Assembly (NCBI GenBank): GCA_951406725.2
Contig: OX597818.1
Span: 96,162,001 to 96,226,000 of the forward strand
Reading direction: 5' to 3'
Source of the DNA: Octopus vulgaris
Taxonomy: Eukaryota
DNA length: 64,000 nucleotides
The position numbers and the translations under genes are program-made. Position 1 is the stretch's first letter. Each line of letters starts with the position of its first letter. The notes under the pieces are model-generated. The model ran no database searches, was not told the origin of the DNA, and saw only the letters and a program-made list of their open reading frames with translations. Below, in pieces: positions 13,480 through 27,293 of the stretch.

Positions 13480-13633
13480 AGATAATATATATGATATATA
13501 TGATATATATGATATATATATATATATCTTTGTATGTATGTATGTATGTATGTATGTATGTATGTATGTATGTATGTATGTATGTATGTATGTATGTGTG
13601 TATGTATATATGCATGTGTGTATGTATGTATAT

Positions 13634-13672
<39 letters not shown>

Positions 13673-13813
13673 CATACATATATATGTATGTATGTATATA
13701 TAAAGGCATTTGCGACTTTCAATTATCTGTTAGTTCGTCTATGTTGAAATTACATAACTATATACATGCATACATATGCGTGTGTGATTGTACTTTTGGG
13801 AAATTCGTACATA

Positions 13814-13884
<71 letters not shown>

Positions 13885-13996
13885 TTGTATATATGTACGG
13901 ATGTATGGCTGTGCATATGCATGTGTAAATAGACATATAGATAGATACATAGATGATAGATACATACATACATACATAAATACATACATACATACA

Positions 13997-14028
<32 letters not shown>

Positions 14029-14030
14029 AA
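13480..14030. repeat. (TATG)n/(TA)n/(TATC)n microsatellites
   Basis: Direct inspection. Confidence 0.9.
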
Positions 14031-14623
14031 CACATCCCCTTGTCTCACACACGCATTCACACATACGCATATATGCAAGGATTCAAGTTTGTTTATTTTG
14101 AAACGTCATTGCTATTTCTCGATGAATCTTGAGTAAATTTGGACCGGAAAACCAGCAAGCTTCGCAGAACAATACATAAACCAGACAAAGCAAAATATTA
14201 GAGTCCGATGTTCCTCGGAAATGAATCAAGGAGAAGTCAAAGAGGAGATCGCAAAACATTGTCAGTTGTAATGCAGTTAAATTGGGGGAAGAAGAAACTA
14301 TAACAGTTGAATAAGAGGAGTGTTAGTGGCAGATGTAGATTCATTATAGAATACGTTGTCAAGTCTCGATTCTAGTTCCTCCGCCAGTCTTTCTCTGATC
14401 TCTTTCTCCCTTTCTCTCCCTATCTCTGTCTGTCCGTTCGTCTGTCTTTTTTCTCTTTCTCTCTTCAGTTCCCTCTTTCTCTCGAAAACTTGCCCTATTT
14501 CTTTCTCTCTCATGCATTATTTTTTTCAGTCGTCTCTCTCAAATGACAGACAGACACATACACTAACACAAACACACACACAAGTATATATACATATACG
14601 TATGTGTGTGCATACGTGTGTGC

Positions 14624-14688
<65 letters not shown>

Positions 14689-15010
14689 AAATAAGGTTTC
14701 CTAATGGAGGCACATTTTCTCCTTTCTCTTCATATTTTTCTCTCCTCATTTATCCATTACATCAAAGAGCATATGCTCGAAATGTTAATGACTTCATCCA
14801 ATTTCGCTAAGTGTCAACCTAATACATCCTGTTATTTTTATTTTTAACCCGTCTTCGCGTTTTAAAAAAAATGTTTCTACTATACATATATAAGATGATA
14901 ATTTTATAACTTCGTTAAACCGAAGAACAAAAATAAAAATAAAAATAGGACTGCAACCGGAAGTGGTCGGGTGACATCGAGGCGAAAGGAGAAATAAATT
15001 GAAATAAATA

Positions 15011-15196
15011 AATGAATAAACACTCCAATCGTCGAAACAACTTTATATCATTCCCAAATTATCAAAAATCGAATATAAATACATATTAAATATATATATT
15101 GGGTGCCCTATAGTTTTAATATATATTTATATTCATTTTTTGATAATTTGGGAATAATATAAAGTTGTTTTTACCGATTGGAGTGTTTATTCATTC
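15011..15196. repeat. Imperfect inverted repeat, ~80-bp arms
   Basis: aatgaataaacactccaatcg..cccaaattatcaaaaa is complementary to tttttgataatttggg..cgattggagtgtttattcatt. Confidence 0.8.
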
Positions 15197-15205
15197 TACC
15201 TTTCA

Positions 15206-15248
<43 letters not shown>

Positions 15249-15253
<5 letters not shown>

Positions 15254-15437
15254 TTTATAGAAGGAGCTTCTACAGGACTAGAACTGTTTCATTCAAAGAA
15301 ATCATCAGTTCCTGATGATTTCTTTTGAATGAAACAGTTCTAGTCCTGTAGAACTCCTTCTATAAAATAAATAAATTTACTCTGCTATGTATTGAGTACC
15401 TTATTTACTGTGGTTAACCCCGACTCAACCCGGGACC

Positions 15438-15440
<3 letters not shown>
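15249..15440 (+). mobile_element. H1 hammerhead element with inverted 5' copy (palindromic)
   Basis: Plus-strand HHR at 15307-15355 (AGUUC CUGAUGA .. GAAACAG .. CUGUA GAACU). Inverted copy at 15249-15308. Same 3' tail as 12216-12301. Flanked by (TA)n. Confidence 0.8.
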
Positions 15441-15501
<61 letters not shown>

Positions 15502-15697
15502 CACGCACACACGCACGTATATATGCCTGTAGGTATATATACACTTAGCCCTCGGCTTACTTCGTGGACTGGTTCCACGTGACGCTGAGTGGATTTGGAA
15601 AGAGTGTGAAACGAAGGAAACACGTCCTAGTGATATAATTAGAAAACAAAATTTAAACAATTATTTATTGAAATGGGGATAATAAACATGATTATCG

Positions 15698-15736
<39 letters not shown>

Positions 15737-16916
15737 ACTTTTGAATTTGCACGACTTCTAGATTTATAAATACCGTATAAAATAAATAAATGCCTTATAG
15801 AAAATATATTTTCACAACAATTTTAAATAGTATCTTGATCTTTTGGGGATCAAGAGAAAATTATTTTAACTAGAATTTTTGTGAATTTCTTTTGAATATC
15901 AAGACGGAAGAGAGGAGATGCGAAAATTCACACGTGAATAGAAAGCTGACGTGAATAGAAAACCCATTGTGTAAGTCAGTTTTCTATTCATGTGTGGGTT
16001 TTAAATTTTCCCAGCAATTTCAAATACATCTAAATCTTTCGGGAATCAAGAGAAGATTATTCTAAACAAATTTTCCCTGAACCGTTTTATTAACACCAGG
16101 ATGGAAAAGAGAAGATTCGAAAATTCGCACTTGAATAGAAAATTGACTTTCTTTCTAGATATGTGGCCGCAGAAATTAATCATGTAATTAGTAGGTGCTT
16201 TTCGTCATCTGTTGGCTGGCAACTGTTACGAAGCAAAGGCGTAGCGAAGAAAAATTTCTTCGTAAAATAACTTTCGAACTGCAAACACTGAAGTTCAGCT
16301 GGGTGTGATTGAAAAATGTCAGCTCAGATATAAGTACTAATTTCTGTTTGATAAAATATCATATAAAATATCATATAAAATAAAATATAATATAAAACAC
16401 ACGCACGGACGAAAAGTTGCATTGAATAGCTTCTGTATTTCCTCATTTCTTCTATATTTATTCATATCTATTCTTTAGTACTAGAGACGTGGAACTTGGA
16501 GCATTTGTTGTAACCAGGATCCGATCTATGTTCATGAGTCTTGGATAAGCTGTGGCAAAAATAATAAAAAAAAGAAAAGGAAAAAGATGTTGCCAGAACT
16601 ATTGGAAGCTGCTGAGAAAGCAAACCATTACATCTTGCTCAAGAGTGAGCACAAATGGAAACAGCAAAAACGAGCGTCGAGGATGGTAGAAGCATCTGCG
16701 CCAGAGTCGTAATACTTAATTTAACAAATCTCGTGTCATTATGTGGAATGTCTGCGGCCTACATCTGTGGGATGTTTGGGTAGCTCTGATGATGCGGTGG
16801 AAAGTGTCGAAACACCTACAGAGCTACTTTATCGGCTGATACATCGATGTTTGCATTCGGAGACGGCATTCTCAGCACACAAATATTTTCCCTAAATATA
16901 ACCAGTAAAGATTTTA

Positions 16917-17476
16917 TTGGGTTATCCGGAAAGTTCGTGTCGATTTTTAAAGGAAAGAAAAAGGTCAATAAATACTTGCCATTACATTTTTGATCAACCA
17001 AATATGAACCGTTTTGTTGCACAATGCGTTTCCATCTTTCCTTTAACTTGAAAATACCCTCTTCCCAGAATTGTGGTGGTTTAATGGCAAAGAATTCATC
17101 AAGGTATCTTTTTACGTCATCCAAGGAATTGAAATTTTTACCATTAAGACTATTCTGCAGAGACTTGAATGAGTGGAAATCCGAAGGAGCAATATCTGGT
17201 GAATATGGAGGTGGGGTAACACAACCCAGCCGAGCTGCAGTAATTTTGTCTGGTTCCGAAAGCATCAAGTGCCAAAAATGAACTTCCTTATCTTCCATTT
17301 TAAAGGGTTAAGAATTAACACAGGTTATAGGAACACAAACCTTCTTCCACGTAAAGATAGCTTAAACTGTGCTCAAAATGGAGGTGTCAAATCCTATTTT
17401 ATGGACTCAACCATGTTTTAAAATGAGTCGAAGGGTAAGCTACTATAAATCGGCACGAACTTTCCGGACAACCCAT
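16917..17476 (-). mobile_element. Internally deleted mariner with intact TIRs and TA target duplication
   Basis: ~30-bp TIRs ttgggttatccggaaagttcgtgtcgattt / aaatcggcacgaactttccggacaacccat, with TA on both sides. ORF joins the N-terminus (MEDKEVHFWHLML) to the C-terminus (PPYSPDIAPSDFH..FWEEGIFKLKERW..NGSY). Confidence 0.93.
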
Positions 17477-17553
17477 TAGTGCTGTGACACCATATGACTT
17501 CTGACGTGGTTGAAAGTCTTCAAAATTTCGACCAGTATATAAGAAGTTTTGAA

Positions 17554-17864
17554 GGCGCGTGGTTTAGTGGTTAGGGTTATCGGTTCACAATCATAAAGTG
17601 AGTTCAATTCTCGGCGGCGCATTGTGTCCTTGAGCAAAACACTTTATTTTACACTTCTCCAGTCCACTCAGCTGGCAAAAATTAGTTGTACCCGTTATTC
17701 AAAGGGTGAACTTTGTCACATTCTGTGTCATGCTGAATCTCCCTGAGAACTACGCAAAGGGTACACGTGTCTGTGGATTGCTCAGCTATTTGCACGTTAA
17801 TTTTACGAGCAGGCTGTTCTGTTGATCGGATCAACTGGAACCCTAGTCTTAGTAACCGATGGAG

Positions 17865-17868
<4 letters not shown>
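17554..17868 (+). mobile_element. tRNA-derived SINE, family B variant with a different 3' tail
   Basis: A box TGGTTTAGTGG, B-like GAGTTCAATTC, centre shared with the 2366 copy. The 3' part recurs at 48455-48640. Confidence 0.8.
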
Positions 17869-17929
<61 letters not shown>

Positions 17930-18280
17930 AGCAACGTACCTGTAGTTCAAATATTGAAAACGAGACTGAAAGTCTGGAAACGTTGAATATAGATTTAAGA
18001 ACTTTAGTTTCAAACTAACTATAAAAAACTGATATGAAAATATATGAGATCTCAAATAAAACTGGAACACACTCATGTCTTTAAAGAAATGTGTGCGTGC
18101 GTGCGTGTGTAACTATAAACTTGCATTGTGCAGCTTCTACTTTTCTTTAAATATAATCTAAAAATACTTCATATATATTTTCTCGTAACAACTCCAACTC
18201 TGTTTTGATAAGCCAGATTATTTCCTTTTCCAAGTACATCATCGATTTTTCCGGAACCTCGGATTCCAGAGCCTTTCCGG

Positions 18281-18346
<66 letters not shown>

Positions 18347-19526
18347 ACTACTACTACTACTACTGCTGCTGCTGTTGCTGATACCACCTCCTTACACAGC
18401 TTGTGTCAACTTTTCTCCTTATCGTCTCTATTCTGTGATCATGGATTGATTGTATTCTTTAAGCTAATTTTCTACATGCTGTACTTATACAATGCCAAAG
18501 GAGTACCCACTCAAAGAAAGAAAGAGAAGGCATGTGGATTGTAACTAAATGCTGTGTTAACTGACCAGCTACACGCACCTGGCAATGGCAACTAGAACGA
18601 CTGACCGATATACAGTGGCGGACGGGGTCTAAAAATATTGGTTGCCAGGAGACTAAGAGTCCCACCCGCAACTACAAGGGGAGCCACCCACAACTATAAT
18701 ACTATTATTTAATTTTTTTGTTAAAAATATTCTTTTCAACTGTCTACAAACGCAGCCAGGCTGAAATAATTAATGCACTCTTCCAGGAGTGAATAAAAAT
18801 TCTCAAACTTGAGGGGATGGGGCCCCTTAGATACTAACATGGGCTCCCATGTATGGATTCTAATGGTGCAGGGTCCACTTGCCATTGAGCAAGCTGGCAA
18901 CCTGGCCATTCCCCAACTGCCTATATAGATGAAATAATATTTATAATCCTGAAACTTATATATGCTAACCAACAAAGCAGTCGCAGTGAAACTGTAAGCG
19001 AAGAAGTCACAATAGTACACTTTCCATGTTCTCACGACCGAAGAAACAATGGAAGTGGTGACATTTCATTTTTGTAGACACACATAATATGATTTCCTGA
19101 CCACCGAAAAGAAATATGTATGTATATGTATATATATGTATATATATATATATATATACATATATACGCTTTCTATGAAAGTGGGCAAATATCAACATGA
19201 CTGCTTGAACTCAATATTTTTATCGGGACCCCAGCTTATGTATCCAAGTACCTGACGTAATCCAAACTGCAAAAGTGATGCAACAAAAAAATGATGTGCA
19301 ACATCCCACCCATAAGGGACAGTCTCAGGATAGGCCGAAACGATCGTTGGTCGAAATAAAGACTAAAACCAAATCCATCTCCTGTTTCCTAAATCAATTA
19401 TATTTATATATATATATTTGTATGTGTGTGTGTTTGCCTATATGTATATATACATATCTGTATATGTATATATATATATATATATGCATATATGTATATG
19501 TGTATATGTATATATGTATATATGCA

Positions 19527-19585
<59 letters not shown>

Positions 19586-19607
19586 TTATGTATATATATA
19601 TATATGC

Positions 19608-19639
<32 letters not shown>

Positions 19640-19664
19640 GCATATATGCATGTATATATATATT

Positions 19665-19741
<77 letters not shown>

Positions 19742-20499
19742 ATATATGTATGTATGTGTTTATGTACACACACACAACAAAATGTCTAATTTCTAGATAT
19801 CTGAATCCAGCAACTGGATGATTAAAACATTTTCTTTTCCGTTTGCTTTATTCTTTCTTCTTTTTAAATTGCAACCACGTTAATGCGTGCCTGTTTGCTG
19901 GAACCATGTTCTTACTGCCGTTTCTGCTGTTGCTTTTGTCGCTTTTTCTTTCTTTATTTTTGTTGTTACTGTTTCTGTTGACATTACTGCTGCTGCTGCT
20001 GCTGCTGCTACTGCCATTGTTGTTGTTGTTGTTGTTGTTGCTTTTGTTGTTGCACATTTATCTTCTGCTGTACCGTTAAAATAACAAATAGTTGAGATGG
20101 TATTTAGTAGCAGGTGACAGAAAGCAAGGTTTATAAACCAATACATACATATCAATCGATTTGCAATATCGATTATTTTGTCAGCATTAGCGAATTGTCG
20201 ACTCTGTTCTGAGTTACGTTTCAAAGTAGTGTAGAGTACTTTTTTCTATCTTTATTCCACGTTGTTTTTAATATATATAATTTGCTTTTATTTGCGAGAG
20301 TCCCAGCTGTCCAAGACCTTCCCTAACCAGATTACAATGTTTCCTTATGTCTCTAGTAAAAAGCTTTTTTCTAACTGACCCAGTCTACATAGCTTGTAGA
20401 TATATATGATGTAGATATTTTTTTCTTAGTTTCAGTCCAAGAACTGTGGCCATGCTTGAGCACCGCCGTTTACTTTGCTGCTCTTTCACTAAACTTTCT

Positions 20500-21105
20500 C
20501 TGATATGTGACGTTTGCTGGATGAAGGAGTTCGATGTTGTTGTCCTCAACTGTGTTTCTTGCCTTGAAGTAGGTCACCCGGAACTCTTGACAGAAGGAGA
20601 TTCAGTTTTGTTTTGAAAAAGCGTACATCTACGCCATGCAAGTCTCTCAGGCTTTTGGGAGGATATTGAAGAGCTGCAGGCCTTTGAAGCCAAAGCTGTT
20701 GTAGTATCTGGTTCTGTATTCTGACGTCAATGATGGGATTATTGGTATTATGCAGTGGCGCCCCGTTCTGCTGTTTATGTAACTGATAATGCCAAAGTTT
20801 GGCATGTGTTTTTCTAGGATTTTCCAGATATATATTACTACATATCTTTCCAGACTTTGCTCCAGGGAGTAAAGCCTAAACTCTTTCAGTTTCTCCCTGT
20901 AGTTGATATGTTGCATTGTGTCAACCTTTTTTTTTTATCACTGGATCGCCTCGAGCTCCATCGTTAATTTTACAGTTTGTTGACTACAATTGGGAGCAGT
21001 AATCCAGACGGCTGAGAACGAAAGTTCTCCAGGGGATCATCATAGTTTCCCTTTTTCTTGTTTTGAAAGTTCGAAGGATCCATCCTGCCAGGCGTCTGCA
21101 TAAGT
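20500..21105 (-). mobile_element. LINE (CR1/L2-group) ORF2 C-terminal remnant
   Basis: Minus-strand fragments RRLAGWILRTFKTR..FVLSRLDYCSQ..LEAIQ and YREKLKEFRLYSLEQSLERY..IWKIL..GLQLFNILP. Confidence 0.85.
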
Positions 21106-22451
21106 CCTGCATGATTCCTCATGTAAAAATGACTGCCTAATCCCCTAATGAAGTCCCAGAAAGGAGAGAAATACGACGTGTTCTAAAGATTGTCTCGGAA
21201 AGTTCGTCTCGGAATTGTAGAAACTGATCTAGCAAACCAGTGGTGCGAAATAAGTATATTTGGAATCACTTGGTAGTAGAAGAATTAGATGAAAACTTCC
21301 TGGGTATCACTTGTATTTGAATATGACTTGATAGCAAGAAATGAGGGAAGGTTGTGTGATGATAGACTGGAATAAGATGACTGGGTGCAGCTGTTTGGAT
21401 GTTGACGATTTGGCATGGCTGATTGGACATTCAACTTGTTTTGGTGACGGTACGCTTTGGCACTGGAGGAAAATATACACACGCATGCTAAAACACATAC
21501 ACACAAGCACAGAAATATACACAAACAGTTTGAGACAGTGGGAGAGAAAGAGAGAGGGGAGAGAAAGGGGGGAGAGAGATTACAATGTCTTAATTGAACA
21601 CGATTGACATAGAAACACACAAACGGAGAGAAAGGGATAGAAAGATGTGAAAGGGTGAGAGAGAGAGAGAGGTGAGGGAGAGAGAGAGAGAGAGAGAGAG
21701 GTGACCGAGAGAAACATTGAAACAAGGAAAACATCAAAATGCTTGATGTTGAATAAGTGAGCGTCGAGTCAGTGACGTCAAATATGCGGCACCAAAACGG
21801 CTGTGCTAAAGCGTCTCACACTCTCATACACCTTACATGCAGGTATTATCATACCTGCAGATATTGCAGAAAACAGTTGGCAGACTTGGTTTCTTCTTTC
21901 ATCCAGTTTAACTCTGCAGCAATTAGTCCTGTTTTTATAACCCTCCACAACTGTTTGGGATCAGTCACAGTCTTCATGCATACAAACGTAATAAGGTAGT
22001 CCACTTCATTGATAGCATCCTTATTATAACAAAGTTTCGAGCGTCCTCTTCGACGGATGCGTCATTTCAGATTTGAAATTCTAGTGTTTTCCTTTGGCAT
22101 CCCAATGTCCTTCTTGAAGATACTAGTGCCCTCCTCAGTTGCGCTGCGATCCTCGCAACGCAACTGCAATATATTCTGGTTTTGAATTTAGAGCAAATTA
22201 ATGATTATAACGACGGAATATCTTTACCTCTAGAATATTCCTAAGTTTCGGACTTATGGTTTCTCAACCAACTGAAAGATTGATAGAACGATTATGCCTA
22301 AAATTCCAAGAGAATTAGTGTGGTTTTGCCATGCATTGCATAGTTAAACACAATAATCGATTTTGTTTGGGTCGAAAAAGCATCAATGACAGCATAGCAG
22401 ATATACTGTACCCGTTAGATAGAATGCGAAAACTACTATCACAAAACATAA

Positions 22452-22630
22452 CTGAAGTCTTACAGTCATATTCAAAATCGAGTGGATAAGTTAGAAGTGA
22501 AGTCTTAGAGTTTGTCTCAGAATCGAGGAGACAAGTTTGAAGTGAATCCTCAAAATCATAGTCAGAATCGAGTGAACAAGTTCAAAGTGAAGTCTTAGTT
22601 ATAATCAGAATCGAGTCGGAGAGTTCAAAG
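22452..22630. repeat. Degenerate ~44-bp minisatellite, about 4 units
   Basis: Recurring tcagaatcgagtg.acaagtt.gaagtgaagtctta. Confidence 0.75.
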
Positions 22631-23437
22631 CATGTACATCAATTTTTTTCTTTTATTCTTTAGGCTTTCACCACTAATGTTGTTAGCCTGTTATTGGAAA
22701 ATATGTCCAACCAATGAAATTTAGGCAGCAACAATCACGAAGAATAAATTGAACTTCGGCTCAATTTATCGGAAACAGTTGATAGAAATGCACTTGAGCA
22801 AAACCAATTACTCGAAATTGGTCGAAGTAAGAAGTTCTCGAATAAAAAATAAGCGAATTGTAGCAAATATTCGAAATACGGAAACAAGGCCAAAGAAAAC
22901 AATTACATTGCTATACCTTACTAAAATAGACTTTTATTTTTAAATTAAAAAATTGTATACAATATTCTTGAGTGGTACCCCAGCATGACCGCAGTCAAAT
23001 GCCTGAAGTAAGATAAAAACTAATAAGATAAAAACTGTGTGTGTGTGTGATGTTTCTGCTTACAGTTTGAAAATCAGTATAGCACATGATAATGCCTTCA
23101 TCTCCTTCATAACAAAGATCAGTTTATGAGGTAAGTAATTCAATATTTGAATATGGTTCTAATATTTTTACTGTACGAAAAATCAGCAGTTTAATAAAAT
23201 TGTAAAATACAGTTATGATCTCATGTTATACGCAATAGCTAGCATATAAGCGTGTACGTGTGTGTAGGCGCGCGTGTATGTAATGTTTAGATTATGAAAA
23301 ACGTACCTTTTTGAGACTACAAACATAAACACAGCACACACACACACACACACACACACGTGAACACTGGTTTTTATATGTTAATAAAATATATTATAGC
23401 TGTCTGAAAAATTATTTTAATATTTCCCTATACTTTA

Positions 23438-23720
23438 AGGCAACGAGCTAGCAGAATGCTTAGTCACGGCACTTTTTTTCCGCCTTTACATTCTAAGTTC
23501 AAATTCCGCCGAGGTCAAATTTACCTTTCATCCCTTCGAGGTCGACTTTACCTTTCATCCCTTAGAGGTCGACTTTACATTTCATCCCTTCGAGGTCGAT
23601 AAAATAAGTAACAGTTGAACACTGGGATCGATGTAATCGACTTACTATTTTTGACCAACTGTCTACATGCAGAGTTACTCTCTTCCCCCAAAATTGCTGG
23701 CCTAGTCCTAAAATCTGAAA
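23438..23720 (+). mobile_element. Diverged family A SINE with internal triplication
   Basis: Head ggcaacgagctagcagaa. The unit gaggtcgactttacctttcatcccttc occurs about 3 times. Confidence 0.75.
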
Positions 23721-24785
23721 CAAATATTTGCTATATTTCGGATAAGTGTTTATTCGAACAACTGTTACTTCGATCAATTGTTTTTCTTAGTCAAATGTTC
23801 GTGATAAATGTTAGTATTCTAATATTTTATTTTAATACGTCAATATTTGCTACAGTTGGCTAATTATTTATTCGAACAATTATTTCTTCGATCTGTTGTT
23901 TTTTAGTCAACCGTTTTTGATAAATCCTAATTCGAATATCTGTTTTCGGCTAACAAACAATCACATGCCAAACTTTATTATTCTTGTCCCGTTTACAGAT
24001 TAAATTCACAGATCTCGTACTTCCTTCTTGAAATTCTAGTTTTTCACTTTTCTCTCAGAAGACATTATCAAGTGCGGCAACTAGTATAATACTAGTTGCA
24101 GGGAGAATGACTGTGGGAGGGTTACCCAGTGATGGCTTCTGCGAAGAAAACAACTAGTTAAGTCAGTACTCATATATTTAATGTAATGAGACAAGAACAT
24201 TTGTTTAAAATTACACCCGCAGTGAGAGGAAAGACTTATAAAAAATATGAATTCATATAAGAAATTTTAATTTGACAAAGATCACAGGCATTACATATTC
24301 TCCATGAAATGTCCATATTCTATTACTAATTAATTTAATTTACAACTCAAATTTCCAAAGTCGATAAAGTTTAAAATTGATGATAATCATACCTAACCAT
24401 TATATTGATTGAATGATTGATTGATTGATTGATTCAACATTCCTTCAGCTAATGAGTAATTCGGTGGCTCACAAATTCACTCGCACGAAAATTAAGTCAT
24501 CGATTACAAGAGGTAATAGACATTACATATAAAAATGTTGGCTGGCGATTTGTTTGTTATATAGAGCGATCGCTAACCAAACTGATCGAGTTTCGGATTT
24601 CGAGGAAGAAAGGTCACTAAATGGAATGGTGTCACCAGCGCTGATCGTATTCTTCATAAATTTAGTATAATCACAGGAAGCAGTTAGGGTCAATTCGCTG
24701 CAGGATTTTGTCTTGGAGAAAAAGTCTCTGTAGACTTCGTATTGTAACGTACACATAAATTATATTGACTGACAATGTTTCGAGT

Positions 24786-24872
<87 letters not shown>

Positions 24873-25660
24873 ATGTGTGTGTATGTGTGTGTGCGTATAT
24901 GGTGTGAGGCGGGGGTAGTGTGTGTATACATACAAGCATACATATACAGACATACATACGTTTGTATGTATGTATGCTGACATCATAATAATTTAAAAGC
25001 TTTGGGAACGGGAAATAAATATTTTTTAGGAGCGGTAAATCTCGACGCAAATAGAGTTATGTATAAAATGTATATGCTATTATTTATAGCTTTATTTGCT
25101 TCGAGATTCATTGTTCAGAAAAAGAATGTGTGTATGTGTGCGTGTGAGAGAGAGGAGAGTATGTTATACACAACGTAGCTAGAGCCAGTTGAGTTAGAAG
25201 AAGTGAAATGAATTTAAGCATTACCAAAATGTCTCCTAATGGGTGAAATAATTATATTAACACCTATTTTCTATGCCTTTGATGAACAGAAAAAGTCAAG
25301 AGAAATCTACTGATAGACCGTTTCAGGCCGTGTTGATCGCTCTTCAGAGGAAACGTGCCTGGCTTCTTCTCCCAGATCATTCCATAGAATATTCTGGTTA
25401 TCTATACGCAGCAGTCATACATTAAGTAATAGTTGCACTTGATAGCCTAATTTGCATATTTGTACTCTTGACGACACATAATTAATTAAATTATATTAAT
25501 TTTATGCACAACATATCGTAAATCAAAAATAAAATTAATTCAAATATTATAAAACCCCACTGTGGGTAAAAAAAAAGAAAGTAAACGCGTTATTTGTTCG
25601 TTCTATATGCTGAAGAAGAAGCCGGGAATCTCCTAATGGACTATACATACATACATACAT

Positions 25661-25729
<69 letters not shown>

Positions 25730-25993
25730 TATAAATATAAATTTATATGAATAATAAGATCGTTGATTTAATTATCGATCTTATCAAGTGGCCAGCATGG
25801 GAATAAAAACCTTCAAAGGTAATAATTATTATTAAAATTATAATTTAGGGTATCTAAGAGATACCTCCACGCTGGAAATAGCAGCAAAGCTTCACTCTAA
25901 AACCGGTGCTCATTTAATGTGGTTTTAGAGTCAAGTTTTCCAGCGTGAGGGTATTATAATTTTATATATGTATATATATGTATATGTATATTA

Positions 25994-26025
<32 letters not shown>

Positions 26026-26051
26026 CAGGGTATATATATATGTATATATAT

Positions 26052-26390
<339 letters not shown>

Positions 26391-26525
26391 AAATAAAGTA
26401 AATTGAAATTTCGGGCTTTAACAATTATCAATGTGATGAGATATGAAAATTATACACCATTATAAAAGCTTTTGTGTGGCTTCTTTTGTTTCAGACTAAA
26501 TAAATTCAGCTTCATAAATTAGATA

Positions 26526-26727
26526 ATGGCTATAGACCAAAATACAATCATAGCCTTCCACAAAGGAAGCGAAAGTAATACAGCTATAGCAAAGAAGTTT
26601 AAAATTAACCGAACAACAGACTGGAAAATTGTCAAGAAATTTTGAGAGGCTGGTTTCACCGCTGATCGATCTGGACGTTGTCGAAAAAGAAGTGTGCTGA
26701 CGTCTCAGCTTATCAAAAGTACCGGAC
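26526..26727 (+). pseudogene. Tc1-like transposase N-terminal HTH remnant
   Basis: MAIDQNTIIAFHKGSESNTAIAKKFKINRTTDWKIVKKF*EAGFTADRSGRCRKRS resembles a Tc1/mariner first HTH with a GR(P)R linker. Confidence 0.6.
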
Positions 26728-26786
26728 AATGTTTCACCAAAAAAAGGGAATTACAAATGTTACCAATGGCGATTAGGGTGTTAGGA

Positions 26787-27072
26787 AACACCTACATTGC
26801 TAGAAGAGCTAAATCGCTCTAATGCTGTAGTTAATGCACATGAATGAAAATATATACACTAACAGGAACCATAATCGTCTGAAAAGTGCCGACCGAGAAT
26901 TCTTAATACTGACGCGTTAGTTTCGGCATTTTCGTTGCCTCATCAGTTAAGAAAGCTCGGCTTCAACTCTTTTCGGACGATTATGATCCCTGTTAGTGTA
27001 CATATTTTCAATCATGTACGTTAACTACAGCATTAGAGCGATTTAGCCTTTATTTCTAGCAATGTAGGTGTT
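26787..27072 (-). mobile_element. Fold-back element (~100-bp arms) enclosing a hammerhead (family H2)
   Basis: Arms 26787-26886 and 26969-27072 are about 90% complementary. Homologue at 49023-49394. Confidence 0.8.
26893..26960 (-). ncRNA. Canonical type I hammerhead ribozyme motif (family H2)
   Basis: UUCUUAA CUGAUGA GGCA-ACGAAAA-UGCC GAA ACU-AACGCGUC-AGU A UUAAGAA. Stem I is extended by CCGAG/CUCGG. Confidence 0.88.
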
Positions 27073-27073
27073 A

Positions 27074-27113
<40 letters not shown>

Positions 27114-27119
27114 TCGATA

Positions 27120-27172
<53 letters not shown>

Positions 27173-27221
27173 TTATATATATAAATATATATATGTATAT
27201 ATATATATATATGTGTGTGTG

Positions 27222-27260
<39 letters not shown>

Positions 27261-27262
27261 GA

Positions 27263-27293
<31 letters not shown>

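Noticed and set aside
19320-19362. GAAACGAUCGUU followed by AATAAA
   Set aside because: Palindromic stem III-like piece, but no intact CUGANGA or stem I.
22452-22630. CRISPR-like periodic repeat
   Set aside because: Degenerate tandem units without unique spacers, in a eukaryotic context with no cas genes.
24523-24756. 77-aa non-repetitive minus-strand ORF as a possible exon
   Set aside because: No recognisable domain or convincing splice sites.
25316-25347. Minus-strand CUGAAGA..GAAACGGUC
   Set aside because: Core words are present but stem I does not pair.
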